Of a stretch of 64,000 bases of DNA, positions 62,876-64,000 are shown piece by piece. Under the pieces are notes generated by a model. That model saw nothing but the letters and a program-made list of their open reading frames with translations. It made no database searches and had not been told where the DNA came from. Source of the stretch: Paraspadella gotoi (Eukaryota; Animalia; Chaetognatha); NCBI GenBank assembly GCA_051294375.1, contig CM119269.1, positions 16,233,010 to 16,297,009 of the forward strand. The letters are read 5' to 3'. Numbering within the stretch: the first letter of the stretch is position 1; each line of letters begins with the position of its first letter. A program made the position numbers and the translations under genes.

Positions 62876-63961
62876 GGCAGCTTTTTATCAGCCTTCGAAA
62901 AGTGCGCTGAGAGGTTCGAAAGGGTAAGGAAAAAAAAATATTAGTTTAGATTAGTTTAGTCGAAAAAAAAATCCAGGGGAGACTGAAAAAGAGAATTTTG
63001 AGTTTCTCTGCAGTACTTTTATGGTTTTGACTATATTAATTTATATAAACATAAGAAGGTAATTATAAGCAAAGAGATGATCCAGCTTAACAAAACGGAA
63101 AATTTTTTTAAAACAAATTATTTCAAATAAAGATTAACTCTGATACATAATCATTATCATTATTACCTCTGATTTAAATGAAAACCATATTGTTACCTCG
63201 ATCTAATTTTTGCCATAAATTTTGTTTCAAATGGATTAAAAAAAAATGTTTTCCCCCGTTTCCAACCGCCGTTTTTTCTCTCTTTGTATACTTTTAAACG
63301 AGGATAAATTAAGCTCCAGAGCGAAAAAGTTTTAAAGAATTAAACCGTGGTTTTGGTATCTGTACTTTTATTAAGTATCTTCTACATTCAATTTAGAAAT
63401 AAGTACAAAGAAAGCAGTTCGATAAAGTTTTTTTTCCGGTTCTAAATGAAAGGACAACATGAGGGAATTTGGAAACTAAACTAGTATCTATTACGTAATC
63501 AATTGCCGCGTTTGAATGTATTATTATTATTAATATTATAATATTATTATAATTAATTTGTTAGGACCCGCCGGTCCGTCCTCCTCCTAAAACGCCCCCG
63601 AGAATATTCGAAGAATATTTGAGGAAACTCCTCCACCCCGGCGAGATGCTTCGGTAGTCCAGAGATTCTTCAAAGGCATGATTTGGTGGCTTGAGCAGAT
63701 CGACGATTAAATAGTCTCTCTTTATTTCATGAAAAGTTTAAAAAGGGTACCTTAATAAAATAATCAAAGCATATAGATATTCAAACAGTACAATAAAGAA
63801 TAATTATTAAAATTATTATTTAAACACACAAAAGAATTACAAAAATCAGTTTAAACTCAAAAACCAATTGATAATCCTTTTGACGAAGTAAAGTTCGAAC
63901 TCAGATATCACGATTCGCGAGTCTTTGGATCTAACAGATTGATTGATTTATTATTATTCCA

Positions 63962-64000
63962 GGTATGGTGACTAAAATCCACCAACCGTTCATCAGCGGC
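63962..64000 (+). mobile_element. Start of a second copy of the tRNA-bearing LTR, truncated by the window edge
   Basis: GTATGGTGACTAAAATCCACCAACCGTTCATCAGCGGC is nearly identical to 30406-30444. No PPT lies upstream, so it is a 5' or solo LTR. Confidence 0.8.

Overview
This is AT-rich animal (probably invertebrate) genomic DNA from a gapped draft assembly, with spliceosomal GT-AG introns, dense (GA)n microsatellites, no CpG depletion and six N-gaps. Most ORF-track entries are microsatellite noise. Two protein genes can be read exon by exon: a 9-exon clan-4 cytochrome P450 (minus strand, 58946-62875) and an 11-exon gene for a non-secreted Cys/Pro protein with about 42 CPPP repeats (45057-49303), which has a decayed tandem paralog at about 41739-43330. 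The most interesting signal is non-coding. It is a set of very short (about 210-280 bp), almost fully base-paired LTR-like units with TG(T)...(C/T)A ends. Four of them have 4-bp target duplications and several carry a tRNA-Gly-like module. One is preceded by a polypurine tract and one is followed by a PBS-like TGGCGACC. They resemble Helenus/Cassandra-type TRIM LTRs, appear to gain and lose whole hairpins, and four cluster within 28.1-30.9 kb. There are also two related minimal hammerhead ribozymes of the Penelope-associated type, a hAT-type MITE, a Kolobok-like MITE family, a 1.7-kb foldback element with telomere-like repeats, and a probable gap-filling duplication artefact. All calls were made by eye; nothing was searched or folded computationally.
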